This document shows positions 10,450-19,042 of a stretch of 64,000 bases of DNA, one piece after another. The stretch is from the NCBI GenBank assembly GCA_963840035.1, contig CAWIXE010000001.1:480001-544000 (forward strand). Direction: 5' to 3'. A program made the position numbers and the translations under genes. The stretch's first letter is position 1, and each line of letters begins with the position of its first letter. The DNA is from a candidate division FCPU426 bacterium (GTDB taxonomy: Bacteria > Oederibacteriota > PGYV01 > Palsa-1178). The notes beneath the pieces are model-generated. The model did not search any database and was not told the origin of the DNA. It worked only from the letters and a program-made list of their open reading frames with translations.

Positions 10450-11415
10450 ATGTCAAAAACAGTTCTAGTAACCGGCGGGGCCGGGTTTATCGGGTCTAAC
10501 TTAAGCGATGAGCTGATAAAGCGCGGGTATAAGGTCATCATAATTGACAGCCTTGTGACAGGGGAAAAGAAATATATAAATAAAGAGGCGAAATTTTATA
10601 AGGGCGATGTGCGCAAAACAAAGGACCTGGATAAGGTATTCAAAAATAAGATAGACGCCATATTCCACATAGCCGGCTGCGCTTCCACCATCAAATCGTT
10701 TGACGACCCTGCCGCTGACCTTTACACAAACGTGCTCGGGACTATAAATATTATAAATTACGCGGTTAAACATAAAGTACCCCGCCTTTTATACGCCTCT
10801 TCCATGACTTCATACGGCGTGCCTGACTCCATACCTGTTAAGGAAACCATGGGCACCAGGCCGATTGCATACTACGGCATTACAAAATACGCGGGGGAGC
10901 GCTATGTGCTTGCCACGGGACTGCGGGAAGACATGGGATTTAAGCTTAACACCACGGCCTTCCGCATGTTTAACGTATACGGCAGGAGGCAGTCGCTTAC
11001 CAACCCTTACCAGGGAGTGGTATCCATATTCATAGGAAACGTGCTCCGCGGCGAGACAGTTAATATTTTCGGGGACGGCGAGCAGTCGCGCGATTATGTG
11101 CACATAAGCGACGTGGCAGAAGCCTGGATATCCGCCATAGACAACCCGAAGGCTTTCGGGGAGGTATTCAACCTGGGTTCAGGCATACGCGTATCAGTCA
11201 ATAAGCTCGTGCATACCATACTCCGGAGTTTTGGAAAATCGCATACCGGGTATGAAATATTACATCATAACGCCAGGCCCGGCGACCAGCGCCACATGCA
11301 GGCAGACATATCAAAAGCCGGGAAGCTGCTCAAGTGGAAGCCGAAGGTTAAATTCGCGGACGGCCTGCTGGACGTCATAAACTGGGCAAGGGAAACAGGA
11401 AAAAAAGGAAGGTAA
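10450..11415 (+). CDS. NAD-dependent nucleotide-sugar epimerase/dehydratase (GalE/WbpP-like)
   Basis: TGGAGFIG; YGITK; FNVYG; GDGEQSRDYV; ATG 10450 after AGGAGG. Confidence 0.9.
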   Translation: MSKTVLVTGGAGFIGSNLSDELIKRGYKVIIIDSLVTGEKKYINKEAKFYKGDVRKTKDLDKVFKNKIDAIFHIAGCASTIKSFDDPAADLYTNVLGTINIINYAVKHKVPRLLYASSMTSYGVPDSIPVKETMGTRPIAYYGITKYAGERYVLATGLREDMGFKLNTTAFRMFNVYGRRQSLTNPYQGVVSIFIGNVLRGETVNIFGDGEQSRDYVHISDVAEAWISAIDNPKAFGEVFNLGSGIRVSVNKLVHTILRSFGKSHTGYEILHHNARPGDQRHMQADISKAGKLLKWKPKVKFADGLLDVINWARETGKKGR

Positions 11416-11420
11416 TTAAT

Positions 11421-11954
11421 GTGATCAGGGCTTTCATAGGAATACCGCTCGAAGACAGCGTAAAAAAGCGCCTGGCCAGCATACTGCCCGATTTTGGAAG
11501 GGTTAAACTTGTTGAAAAGGAAAACCTGCACATCACCCTGAAGTACTTAGGCGACATAGACGAAGCAAACCTTGATAATATCAAAAAGTGCATCGATGAA
11601 GCCGCGGCGGAAACGGAAAAGATCAGCATTACCATAAACTCCATAGAGGCTTTCCCGTCAGTTCCGCGGGCAAAGGTAATGTGGGCAGGCATAGACATAG
11701 GGGCCTATGAGATAGGGCTGGTATTTAAAAACCTGGAAGAGTCCTTAACGGGCATTGGTTTTAAGAAGGAAGAAAGGGATTTTACCGCGCACGTGACAGT
11801 GGCGCGCACAAAAGACTGGATAGACATAAGCTTTACGCAGAATATGAATTTCATAATACCCGGCACAGCAGGGTCATTAGTGCTGTATAAAAGCAAACTC
11901 ACGGCAAACGGTCCGGTGTATGAGGAGCTTTATGTAAGGGAAATGGGTGGGTAG
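11421..11954 (+). CDS. thpR: RNA 2',3'-cyclic phosphodiesterase (2H phosphoesterase)
   Basis: RAFIGI; two HxT motifs (LHITLKYLG, AHVTVAR); LYKSKL..GPVY. Confidence 0.92.
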   Translation: MIRAFIGIPLEDSVKKRLASILPDFGRVKLVEKENLHITLKYLGDIDEANLDNIKKCIDEAAAETEKISITINSIEAFPSVPRAKVMWAGIDIGAYEIGLVFKNLEESLTGIGFKKEERDFTAHVTVARTKDWIDISFTQNMNFIIPGTAGSLVLYKSKLTANGPVYEELYVREMGG

Positions 11955-12040
11955 TGAGTGGTGGGTAGTGTGTGGCAGGCAGCAAGTAAAAACACATACG
12001 ACTGATGAGATCATTGAGACTATTGAGATTTCTGAGACCA
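11946..12040. repeat. Composite tandem repeat: 6 x 7-mer (RGTGRGT-like) followed by 4 x 9-mer (NTGAGAYYN)
   Basis: ggtgggt agtgagt ggtgggt agtgtgt ggcaggc agcaagt; atgagatca ttgagacta ttgagattt ctgagacca; the first units overlap the thpR stop. Confidence 0.75.
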
Positions 12041-12075
12041 AAGCAAAAATAACTTTTTTATAAGGAAGGCAGCAT

Positions 12076-12753
12076 ATGGTAGTCGAACGCGACACGGTAT
12101 CAAACTACGAGAGATGGTTCTTAACCCCGGCGGGGATGTATACAGACGATAAGGAGAAAGAACTGCTTATTAATTCCATGAGGTTTAAGCGCGGCGAACG
12201 CGTGCTTGAGATAGGCTGCGGCACGGGCAGGACGCTGGAATACCTCACAGACCTCGGAATGGATGCCGTGGGAGTGGAACCTGTGGATGACCTCATAAAA
12301 AAGGCGCGGTTAAAATCCACCATAAAGCAGGACCAGGTGATAAAATCCGCGTATGAAAAAATACCTGTGGCTGACGGGTCGTTCGAGAACGTGATATTCA
12401 TGTCGACCTTTGCCTTTGCCAATGACAGGCAGGCGGCCCTTAAGGAAGCGTACAGGATAGCATCCAAAAAAGTAGGCATAGGGTTTTTAAATAAAAACTC
12501 ACTGACAAACCTCTTCAAGGCAAAAGAAAGAAGGATGGTATATCAGGACGCGGCGCCTCTTTCAGGCGAAGAGATGACGGCAATTGCGAGGGAAGCGTTA
12601 AAGGGAAGGGAAAAGGAATATGAAATACAGATAAGGTATACCCTGTATATGCCTGTAAAGGTCGGGTATATGTTCTCTTTTGTTGATGACATGCTGGAAA
12701 AGATGAACCTGCCTCTCGGGGATTTCGGGATGGCGGTTATTAAGAAAAAATAG
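12076..12753 (+). CDS. Class I SAM-dependent methyltransferase (Methyltransf_11-like)
   Basis: VLEIGCGTG motif I; IPVADGSF; ALKEAYR. Confidence 0.85.
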   Translation: MVVERDTVSNYERWFLTPAGMYTDDKEKELLINSMRFKRGERVLEIGCGTGRTLEYLTDLGMDAVGVEPVDDLIKKARLKSTIKQDQVIKSAYEKIPVADGSFENVIFMSTFAFANDRQAALKEAYRIASKKVGIGFLNKNSLTNLFKAKERRMVYQDAAPLSGEEMTAIAREALKGREKEYEIQIRYTLYMPVKVGYMFSFVDDMLEKMNLPLGDFGMAVIKKK

Positions 12754-12822
12754 ACCAAAGCCCATAGCTCAAAGCCCAAGGGGTAATACCTTCCCTGGGC
12801 TTTGGGATTTGGGCTCTTGGAT
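12752..12822. repeat. Inverted heptamer array (AGCYCAA)x4 - loop - (TTGGGCT)x4
   Basis: agaccaa agcccat agctcaa agcccaa gg(gtaata)... ctgggct ttgggat ttgggct cttggat. Confidence 0.85.
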
Positions 12823-12839
12823 TCTGCGTGGAGGCTCCA

Positions 12840-13772
12840 TTGGCGGTTATCGGTTTCATGTTCACAGCGGCCGGGTATCAGTATGTGAACCTCGGCAAGA
12901 AGGCATACGACTCCTCCTGGTCAATGAGGCAGTATTATGACAGGGTGGAGAAAAAATACCCTGACTACAAGATAAACAAGCTTTCGTTCATCGGGCCGGA
13001 AGAGGAGCTCATGCGCGAGGATAACGGCATTATCATAAACGCGGTTTATCAGCGGGGCATAGTGGATATTCTGAAGGATTATAAGACATTTCCGGAGCAG
13101 CTCTTCGGATACAAGTCCGGGGAAATAATGGCGCTTGTATGCGCGGAGGCCATATCTTTTGACGACGCTATGGCGTTCCTTTTCAAAAAAAGGGAAATAG
13201 TGGCGCAGGACGTGGGAAGGGATTTTTTCAGCCACATACTTGTAAATACTGTGGCAGTGGCATCAGTGGAAAAGATAATTTATGAATTAAGGGCGTCCAT
13301 AAAGGCCGATGTGGTTTCATATAACGGCAAGGACTCGACGGTTATAGTATGCGAAACAAAGTCAAAGGATAAACTGGTGGATGTATTTAAAAAGCTCGGC
13401 GGCTCGATAATCGACGTGTCGCACGAGGAGTTCGCGTGCTTCCCGATGCTAAAACCCGTGGCTGAGAAATTAAAGGAAGAGTTCCTGAAAATCCCCATGG
13501 ACAAACCCATCAAAAGGGTGATATGCCAGACAACAGGAGAGTTTTATGAGAATGTGCAGGAGATAAAGGACAGGTTCCTCGATTATATCTGGAAACCCTC
13601 CCGGCTGGACCTTGCGCTGGAGACCATGATAAAAAACGGGGTAAATACTTTCGTGGAAATAGGCGCGGGCACGTTCCTCTCAAGGATGTCCAGAAAACGC
13701 GACAGCGGAAAAAGAAGTTTAAACACAAACGACCTGGGAGAACTAAGTAAGACAGTAAAACTAGCGAATTAG
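12840..13772 (+). CDS. FabD/malonyl-CoA:ACP transacylase-fold protein with degenerate active site
   Basis: N-terminus FMFTAAGYQYVNLGK (cf. FPGQGSQYxGMG) and C-terminus GVNTFVEIGAGTFL; GHSxG is replaced by GYKSG; TTG start after GGAGG. Confidence 0.8.
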   Translation: MAVIGFMFTAAGYQYVNLGKKAYDSSWSMRQYYDRVEKKYPDYKINKLSFIGPEEELMREDNGIIINAVYQRGIVDILKDYKTFPEQLFGYKSGEIMALVCAEAISFDDAMAFLFKKREIVAQDVGRDFFSHILVNTVAVASVEKIIYELRASIKADVVSYNGKDSTVIVCETKSKDKLVDVFKKLGGSIIDVSHEEFACFPMLKPVAEKLKEEFLKIPMDKPIKRVICQTTGEFYENVQEIKDRFLDYIWKPSRLDLALETMIKNGVNTFVEIGAGTFLSRMSRKRDSGKRSLNTNDLGELSKTVKLAN

Positions 13773-13798
13773 TGTATTTAGTATTGGTTTTAGTTTTC

Positions 13799-13825
13799 GT
13801 AGGGGCGAGCCGGTGGCTCGCCCGG
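13799..13825. repeat. GTAG-type REP palindrome
   Basis: gtaggggcgagccggtggctcgcccgg; a second copy with an insert at 54473-54520. Confidence 0.75.
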
Positions 13826-13827
13826 CT

Positions 13828-14409
13828 TTAAAGTACTAGTTTTTCCGTAAACTCCAAAAGACCCGCATAATCCCCATTATCCGCTTCCTTCAAACAATGG
13901 ATATACCTCTTCCGTATATCCGTGGTCTCAACCATATCCTTATCCGGCCAAAGCGGCAGCTTTTTCCCGCGCCCCGACAGGAAAATATCAGCTATCATTC
14001 GGGCGTGCCTGCCATTGCCGTTTAAGAACGGGTGAATGCGCACAAGTCTGTGGTGTATGCGGACGCTTTGTTCTAAAATATTTACATTTTTAGATTTTTC
14101 CCAGAAGGCAATATCGTCGCATAATTTTTTAATCTCAACCGGGATTGCAAACCATTCAACGCCAAGGTTCAGGTTTTCTTTCCTGAAACTTCCGGCCCAT
14201 TTCCATGTAAGGCCGAACATTTCTTTATGGACCGCGGTTATCAGGCCGGGAGAAATAGCCCTTTTGCGCGATGTCTTTAAGTACCTGTTGTAAGCTTTAA
14301 GGATATTTTCAGCTTCCCATTCATCCAGCGCGGATTTTACCGTGATGCCTGAAGGTATCAAACCTGACAGGTCGTTTATGGGCGTGGAATCCTCCGGTGT
14401 TTTTAACAA
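13828..14409 (-). CDS. Mobile mystery protein B (Fic-domain protein)
   Basis: HPFLNGNGRHAR Fic motif; HKEMFG.TWKWAGSFRK; HHRLVRIHPF; immediately downstream of an HTH partner. Confidence 0.9.
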   Translation of the reverse strand: MLKTPEDSTPINDLSGLIPSGITVKSALDEWEAENILKAYNRYLKTSRKRAISPGLITAVHKEMFGLTWKWAGSFRKENLNLGVEWFAIPVEIKKLCDDIAFWEKSKNVNILEQSVRIHHRLVRIHPFLNGNGRHARMIADIFLSGRGKKLPLWPDKDMVETTDIRKRYIHCLKEADNGDYAGLLEFTEKLVL

Positions 14410-14410
14410 T

Positions 14411-14863
14411 CTAGTCCTCCCACAGGAATGAACCGGGATGCAAAGCGTATTCTTCGGTCAATTCTTTTAAACGGTCGTCATAATTTTTTCCGGATGGAGC
14501 CTGTTTTTCAAGGGCCATGGTTCCGTAAACCCTGTCTAATGCCTGTTTTGCCTTAAGTGCGGCCCTGGACCTTACGGTTTTTTCAAGGGGCTCAGATACC
14601 GATAAGCTAAACATAAGGTTTAGGTTAAGCGCAGCCAGGACATGAGTAATGGTTTTAATACTTGATGATTCAATGTGTTTTTCTATCTTATTTAATGTCG
14701 GAGCCGACACTTTAAGGTGCTTTGCCATCTGCCTCTGTGTCATACCAAGCGCGTCACGCACTTGTTTTATATACACGCCAAGCCCTGAAGGGGATATAAG
14801 AGCCCCTTTTTGTAATGAATCTGAAAGCTGTTTAAGCCTTTGTTTATTCATTTGTCTGTTCAT
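14411..14863 (-). CDS. Mobile mystery protein A (XRE HTH)
   Basis: IKQVRDALGMTQRQMAKHL; TMALEKQ; C-terminal LWED; 1 bp from the Fic gene. Confidence 0.88.
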   Translation of the reverse strand: MNRQMNKQRLKQLSDSLQKGALISPSGLGVYIKQVRDALGMTQRQMAKHLKVSAPTLNKIEKHIESSSIKTITHVLAALNLNLMFSLSVSEPLEKTVRSRAALKAKQALDRVYGTMALEKQAPSGKNYDDRLKELTEEYALHPGSFLWED

Positions 14864-14879
14864 ATTACCTCCAAATAAG

Positions 14880-14928
14880 TTAGCATATAAACTAATAAAT
14901 GTAATAAAAATATTAGCTTTTAAGCTAA
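14880..14928. promoter_or_regulatory. Two palindromic operator-like sites upstream of mobile mystery protein A
   Basis: TTAGCAT-AT-AAACTAA (14880-14895) and TTAGCTT-TT-AAGCTAA (14913-14928). Confidence 0.55.
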
Positions 14929-15034
14929 CATAATTATAGCCTATAATACTTGATAAATCAAATTATATTTAAAGTTTTCATTCCCCTTTCCGATATATTT
15001 AGTGAAGCGGTTAAGCAAAATCAGGAGAAAAGAC

Positions 15035-15229
15035 ATGACACAGGACAGGGCCACAATCAGGCACTTTTTAGAGACTGCGAACGTTAAAGACCTTAAAAAG
15101 GTTAAGGATTACCTTAATCATAAACCCATGGCGTCTGTCATGGAGGTCATGGAAAAGACCGGGGTTTCCTCCACGTCTATAAAGTATTACCTGGAAACAG
15201 GGGTATTAAAGATAAAGAACGTGTCATAA
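15035..15229 (+). CDS. Small HTH protein resembling the C-terminal part of YvyF/TIGR03826-type proteins
   Basis: KKVKDYLNHKPMASVMEVMEKTGVSSTSIKYYLETGVL; AGGAG RBS; downstream terminator. Confidence 0.65.
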   Translation: MTQDRATIRHFLETANVKDLKKVKDYLNHKPMASVMEVMEKTGVSSTSIKYYLETGVLKIKNVS

Positions 15230-15270
15230 CATCAACCCGGTATAAGGACCGGTAAAATATATTAAGGTAG

Positions 15271-15300
15271 AAGCGGGGCGAAATGCCCCGCTTTTTGTTT
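15271..15300 (+). terminator. Rho-independent terminator
   Basis: aagcggggc-gaaat-gccccgctt followed by a T-run. Confidence 0.85.
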
Positions 15301-15352
15301 AATAGAGAGCAGTTGATTTTGTGGTTGTGTGCTGATAGGTTTGTCTCTTTAT

Positions 15353-15466
15353 CCCTCTCCCCTTGGCTCTTTATAGTCCCCCCTTGAGGGGGAGAGAGGG
15401 TAGGGTGAGGGGAATAAGGCAATTAGTTTCACCTCACCCCAGCCCCTCTCCTAAGAGGAGAGGGGA
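15353..15466. repeat. C/G-rich palindromic repeat pair (CCCTCTCCC..GGGAGAGGG..GGGTGAGGGG / CCTCACCCC..CCCTCTCC..GGAGAGGGG)
   Basis: Inverted arms visible; related half-element at 54616-54666. Confidence 0.7.
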
Positions 15467-15604
15467 GGAAAAAGAAAGAATAAACCAAAATCTTTATAAT
15501 AAAAAAGTAAATTTTAAATAATCTGCAAAAAGTGTGCGGCTTGCAAAGGCTGATAATATGGTAGAATAGATAGCAACAGGGGATAAAATAAATGATAAAA
15601 GGGA

Positions 15605-16405
15605 GTGAAGAACATTAACAGTAAAAGAGTAATTATTTTTCTTGGCTTCCTTGCTTTTTCTTCACCCTGTTTTGCGCATGATTTTGAAAGAAAAGGCGAC
15701 ATGTATACTTACAGCGTAAATTCGCTGACAGATACTGCCGCGGCCTGCGGCATGGCGGGGGAAGCCCTTGATAATTACAGGCAGGCGGTTTTAGAGAGCG
15801 CCTCGGAAAACCTCCTTGTCAAATACGTGGACGCGATGAATTTCAGATACTCGACGCTGGAGTGCGGCAAAGATAAGGCTTCGGAAGCCAACAAAGAGTG
15901 TTTTGCCGCTGTTGATAAATACTGCGCTGATAACGCGGCGGCTACGGTTACAGCCGCAATAAACTACTGTTATCTTATTCTTTGGGGAAGGTTCGCGGAA
16001 ATGGCAAACCCGCTGGAAGCCATAAACAGCGGCGTGGCGGATAAGATAAAGGCCTACGGGGAAAAATTATACGGCTTTGATAAAACCTACGGAAAGCACA
16101 CTGCAGGGCTCATACTCGGCAGGATGCATTACAAAGCGCCAAATATCCCGTTTATAATCCCGTGGCCGGATAAGGATAAAGCCAGGGCATACCTCGAGGA
16201 ATGCGTCAAACTCTCGCCTAAAAACCTGACAGCCGCGTTTTTCCTCGCGGACGCGCTCTGGGATGCCGGGGATGAGGGAAGAAAAAGGGCAATAAAGCTC
16301 TTTGATGAAGTCAGCTCGGCAAAACCGGATAAGAATTATTATTTCAATGATTTATCAACCATCAGGCAATGCAAAGACAGGATGAAAGAACTGGGTTTAA
16401 ATTAA
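15605..16405 (+). CDS. Exported TPR-like all-alpha protein
   Basis: Signal-like N-terminus (CFA/HD); LGRMHYKAP..DKDKARAYLEECVKLSP..FFLADAL TPR-like helices. Confidence 0.65.
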   Translation: MKNINSKRVIIFLGFLAFSSPCFAHDFERKGDMYTYSVNSLTDTAAACGMAGEALDNYRQAVLESASENLLVKYVDAMNFRYSTLECGKDKASEANKECFAAVDKYCADNAAATVTAAINYCYLILWGRFAEMANPLEAINSGVADKIKAYGEKLYGFDKTYGKHTAGLILGRMHYKAPNIPFIIPWPDKDKARAYLEECVKLSPKNLTAAFFLADALWDAGDEGRKRAIKLFDEVSSAKPDKNYYFNDLSTIRQCKDRMKELGLN

Positions 16406-16421
16406 TATACCGAATCCTTCC

Positions 16422-16449
16422 TTGACAAAAACTCTTTCCATTATATAAT
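16422..16449 (+). promoter_or_regulatory. sigma70-type promoter of pcrA
   Basis: TTGACA-16 bp-TATAAT. Confidence 0.7.
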
Positions 16450-16497
16450 CTTTAGGAATTGCATGACCATTCACGAAAAAAATATGGAGCCAAAGCA

Positions 16498-18732
16498 TTG
16501 ACACATTCAAATATTGACGAACTCATGAATAAGGAACAGCTTGAGGCTGTAAAGCACAAGGACGGGCCCATACTTATCTTAGCCGGCGCCGGAAGCGGGA
16601 AGACGAGGGTCATTACCTACAGGATAGCCCACCTGATAGCGGAATACAAAATATCACCTGAAAATATACTTGCCGTAACCTTTACCAATAAAGCGGCTGA
16701 AGAGATGAAAAACCGTATTAAAAAGGTCGTTGGCAAGAACGCAAACCTTATAACCATGTCCACTTTCCACTCCCTGGGGTGCAGGATGCTCCGGGCGCAC
16801 GCTGAAAAACTCGGGTATACCAAAAGTTTTTCCATATACGACGAGGACGATAGGGAAAGGCTTATAAAGGAAAGCATGCACGAGGCCAAGGTTTCAGACA
16901 AGGAAATGAGGCCTTACGACATCATAAAGCGCATATCAAACATTAAAAATGAGCTTATAACGCCCCAGGAATTTGAGGACAAATACGCGAATGATTACGA
17001 GTCAAAAGCCATATCCAGGGTTTACTCCATAAGCGAGGCAAAGCTTAACAAGAACAACGCCGTTGATTTTGACGACCTTATATCAAAACCCATAGAGCTT
17101 TTAAGGAAACATAAGGATGTTCTTGAAGCTTACAGGGAAAAATACAAATACATCCTCATAGACGAGTACCAGGACATTAACAACTCGCAGTACACCCTCA
17201 TATCCATGCTCGCGGAAAAGTATAAGAATATCTGTGTGGTGGGCGACGATGACCAGTCCATATACCGTTTCAGGGGCGCGGACATCACAAACATCCTCGA
17301 GTTTGAGGAGGATTACAAGAACGCTAAGGTAATAAGGCTCGAGCAGAACTACCGCTCCACAAAAACCATACTGAAGGCCGCCCACAGCGTCATTAAGAAT
17401 AACGAAGGCAGGAAGGGCAAGGAGTTATGGACTAATAATGACGAAGGCGAGAAAATAACTTTTTATTACACTGACGACGAGATAATGGAGTCAGAGGCTG
17501 TTGTCAATGAAGTCTTCAAACTTTTAAACGCCAGCGGCGTGCACTTAAAGGACATGGCTGTTTTTTACAGGACCAATGCCCAGTCGCGCGTGGTCGAGGA
17601 CAGGTTCCGCAGGGCGGGAGTGCGTTACAAATTAGTCGGGGGCATATCCTTCTATTCCAGGCTGGAAATAAAGGACATGCTGGCTTATTTGCGCGTTATT
17701 TCAAACCCGCGGGATGTCATGAGCTTTAAGCGCATCATAAACGTGCCGCCCAGGGGCATTACAGACACTACCGTTGACAAGATGGAGGCTTTTGCCTTCG
17801 CCAATAACCTGCCGTTCCTGGACGCCATGGAAAAATCATACGAGATGACAGACATAAAAGACGCGGCAAAACAGTCGCTGAAGGCCTTTCATGATTTTAT
17901 AAAATATTTAAGCGAGAACAAGGATTCACTGACCATGAAGGATTTATCCGCGAGGATTTTAACCGGGACAGGTTACATAGATTACTGGCAGAGCGACCCG
18001 TCGCCAAAGGCAAAGGAAAGGGTTGAGAATGTAAAGGAATTTGTCTCGGCCATGGACGAATATGAGGAGGACAGTTTAAAGTCTGGTAAAAAAGCCAGCC
18101 TTGATGAATATTTAAACCAGGTGGCGCTCATGTCGTCTGTGGATAAACTCGATGAAAGCCAGGAAGCTGTCACATTAATGACCATACACAGCGCTAAGGG
18201 GTTGGAGTTTGATGTAGTATTCCTTACAGGCATGAACGAGGGTTTCTTTCCACACAAAAACTGTATTGATGAGCCAGGTGGAATAGAAGAAGAAAGAAGA
18301 CTTGCATATGTGGCTATCACGCGTGCAAGGAAGAAACTATTTATAATGAGTGCTGCGGTACGCAGGCAAGCTGGCATGAAAAATGCCGGAAAAATATCAA
18401 GATTTATAAACGAAATACCCGAGGAACTACTAATTCATAAAGGACGGTTACCCCAAAAACAGACACAAGAAAAATTTTACGGAAACGGCCCTGACGCGGA
18501 CCCGACGGCAGCTGCGGAAGCATGCCCGACGCCGGGGAGCGATGTTGTATATAATGACGAGCCTGAAGAGGTCCAGTATAAGCCCGGACAGAAGGTAAAG
18601 CATAAAAAGATGGGGCAGGGGACAATAGTAAAATCAGAGCCTTACGGAGATGATTTAAGGCTGACAGTGGTCTTTAAGACATCGGGAAAGAAAACCCTGT
18701 CGGCAAAATACGCGGGGTTAGAGATTATTTAA
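16498..18732 (+). CDS. pcrA: ATP-dependent DNA helicase PcrA/UvrD
   Basis: AGAGSGKT, TFTNKAA, DEYQD, VGDDDQSIYRFRGA, NYRS, TIHSAKGLEF, EERRLAYVAITRA, C-terminal Tudor-like domain; TTG start after GGAG. Confidence 0.96.
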   Translation: MTHSNIDELMNKEQLEAVKHKDGPILILAGAGSGKTRVITYRIAHLIAEYKISPENILAVTFTNKAAEEMKNRIKKVVGKNANLITMSTFHSLGCRMLRAHAEKLGYTKSFSIYDEDDRERLIKESMHEAKVSDKEMRPYDIIKRISNIKNELITPQEFEDKYANDYESKAISRVYSISEAKLNKNNAVDFDDLISKPIELLRKHKDVLEAYREKYKYILIDEYQDINNSQYTLISMLAEKYKNICVVGDDDQSIYRFRGADITNILEFEEDYKNAKVIRLEQNYRSTKTILKAAHSVIKNNEGRKGKELWTNNDEGEKITFYYTDDEIMESEAVVNEVFKLLNASGVHLKDMAVFYRTNAQSRVVEDRFRRAGVRYKLVGGISFYSRLEIKDMLAYLRVISNPRDVMSFKRIINVPPRGITDTTVDKMEAFAFANNLPFLDAMEKSYEMTDIKDAAKQSLKAFHDFIKYLSENKDSLTMKDLSARILTGTGYIDYWQSDPSPKAKERVENVKEFVSAMDEYEEDSLKSGKKASLDEYLNQVALMSSVDKLDESQEAVTLMTIHSAKGLEFDVVFLTGMNEGFFPHKNCIDEPGGIEEERRLAYVAITRARKKLFIMSAAVRRQAGMKNAGKISRFINEIPEELLIHKGRLPQKQTQEKFYGNGPDADPTAAAEACPTPGSDVVYNDEPEEVQYKPGQKVKHKKMGQGTIVKSEPYGDDLRLTVVFKTSGKKTLSAKYAGLEII

Positions 18733-18772
18733 ATTTGCAATTGTTTATACTGTTTGTAAGGTGCTGCAATCT

Positions 18773-18923
18773 GTCATTGCGAGGAGCCGCACTTGTTTTT
18801 CGGCGACGAAGTCGTACGACAGGCTCACGATGGTGAGTTCATCGAACCACAATCTCGTTTCAAGCTAACAAGACAGCAAGATTGCTTCGTCGGCAAGAAA
18901 CTAAAACGCCTCCTCGCAATGAC
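18773..18923. mobile_element. Palindromic MITE/RPE-like element (inverted relative to 1579-1765) with one nested 38-bp insert
   Basis: gtcattgcgaggag...ctcctcgcaatgac; the insert at 18812-18849 is the reverse complement of 1689-1726 with one mismatch; the other arm is empty (agattgcttcgtc). Confidence 0.85.
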
Positions 18924-19042
18924 ACCTTAAAACAATAAACATAACCGACAATCGCAAATCAAACCCACAACTTCAAAGAATTAAAATCGTATTTTTATGC
19001 TATAATTAAAATCATTTCAATTACGGGATAATAAGGAGAAAC

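Noticed and set aside
18160..18480. Slightly AT-richer codon usage in the 3' part of pcrA as a recombination patch
   Set aside because: The shift is small (one sampled line was 38% GC) and cannot be separated from noise by eye.
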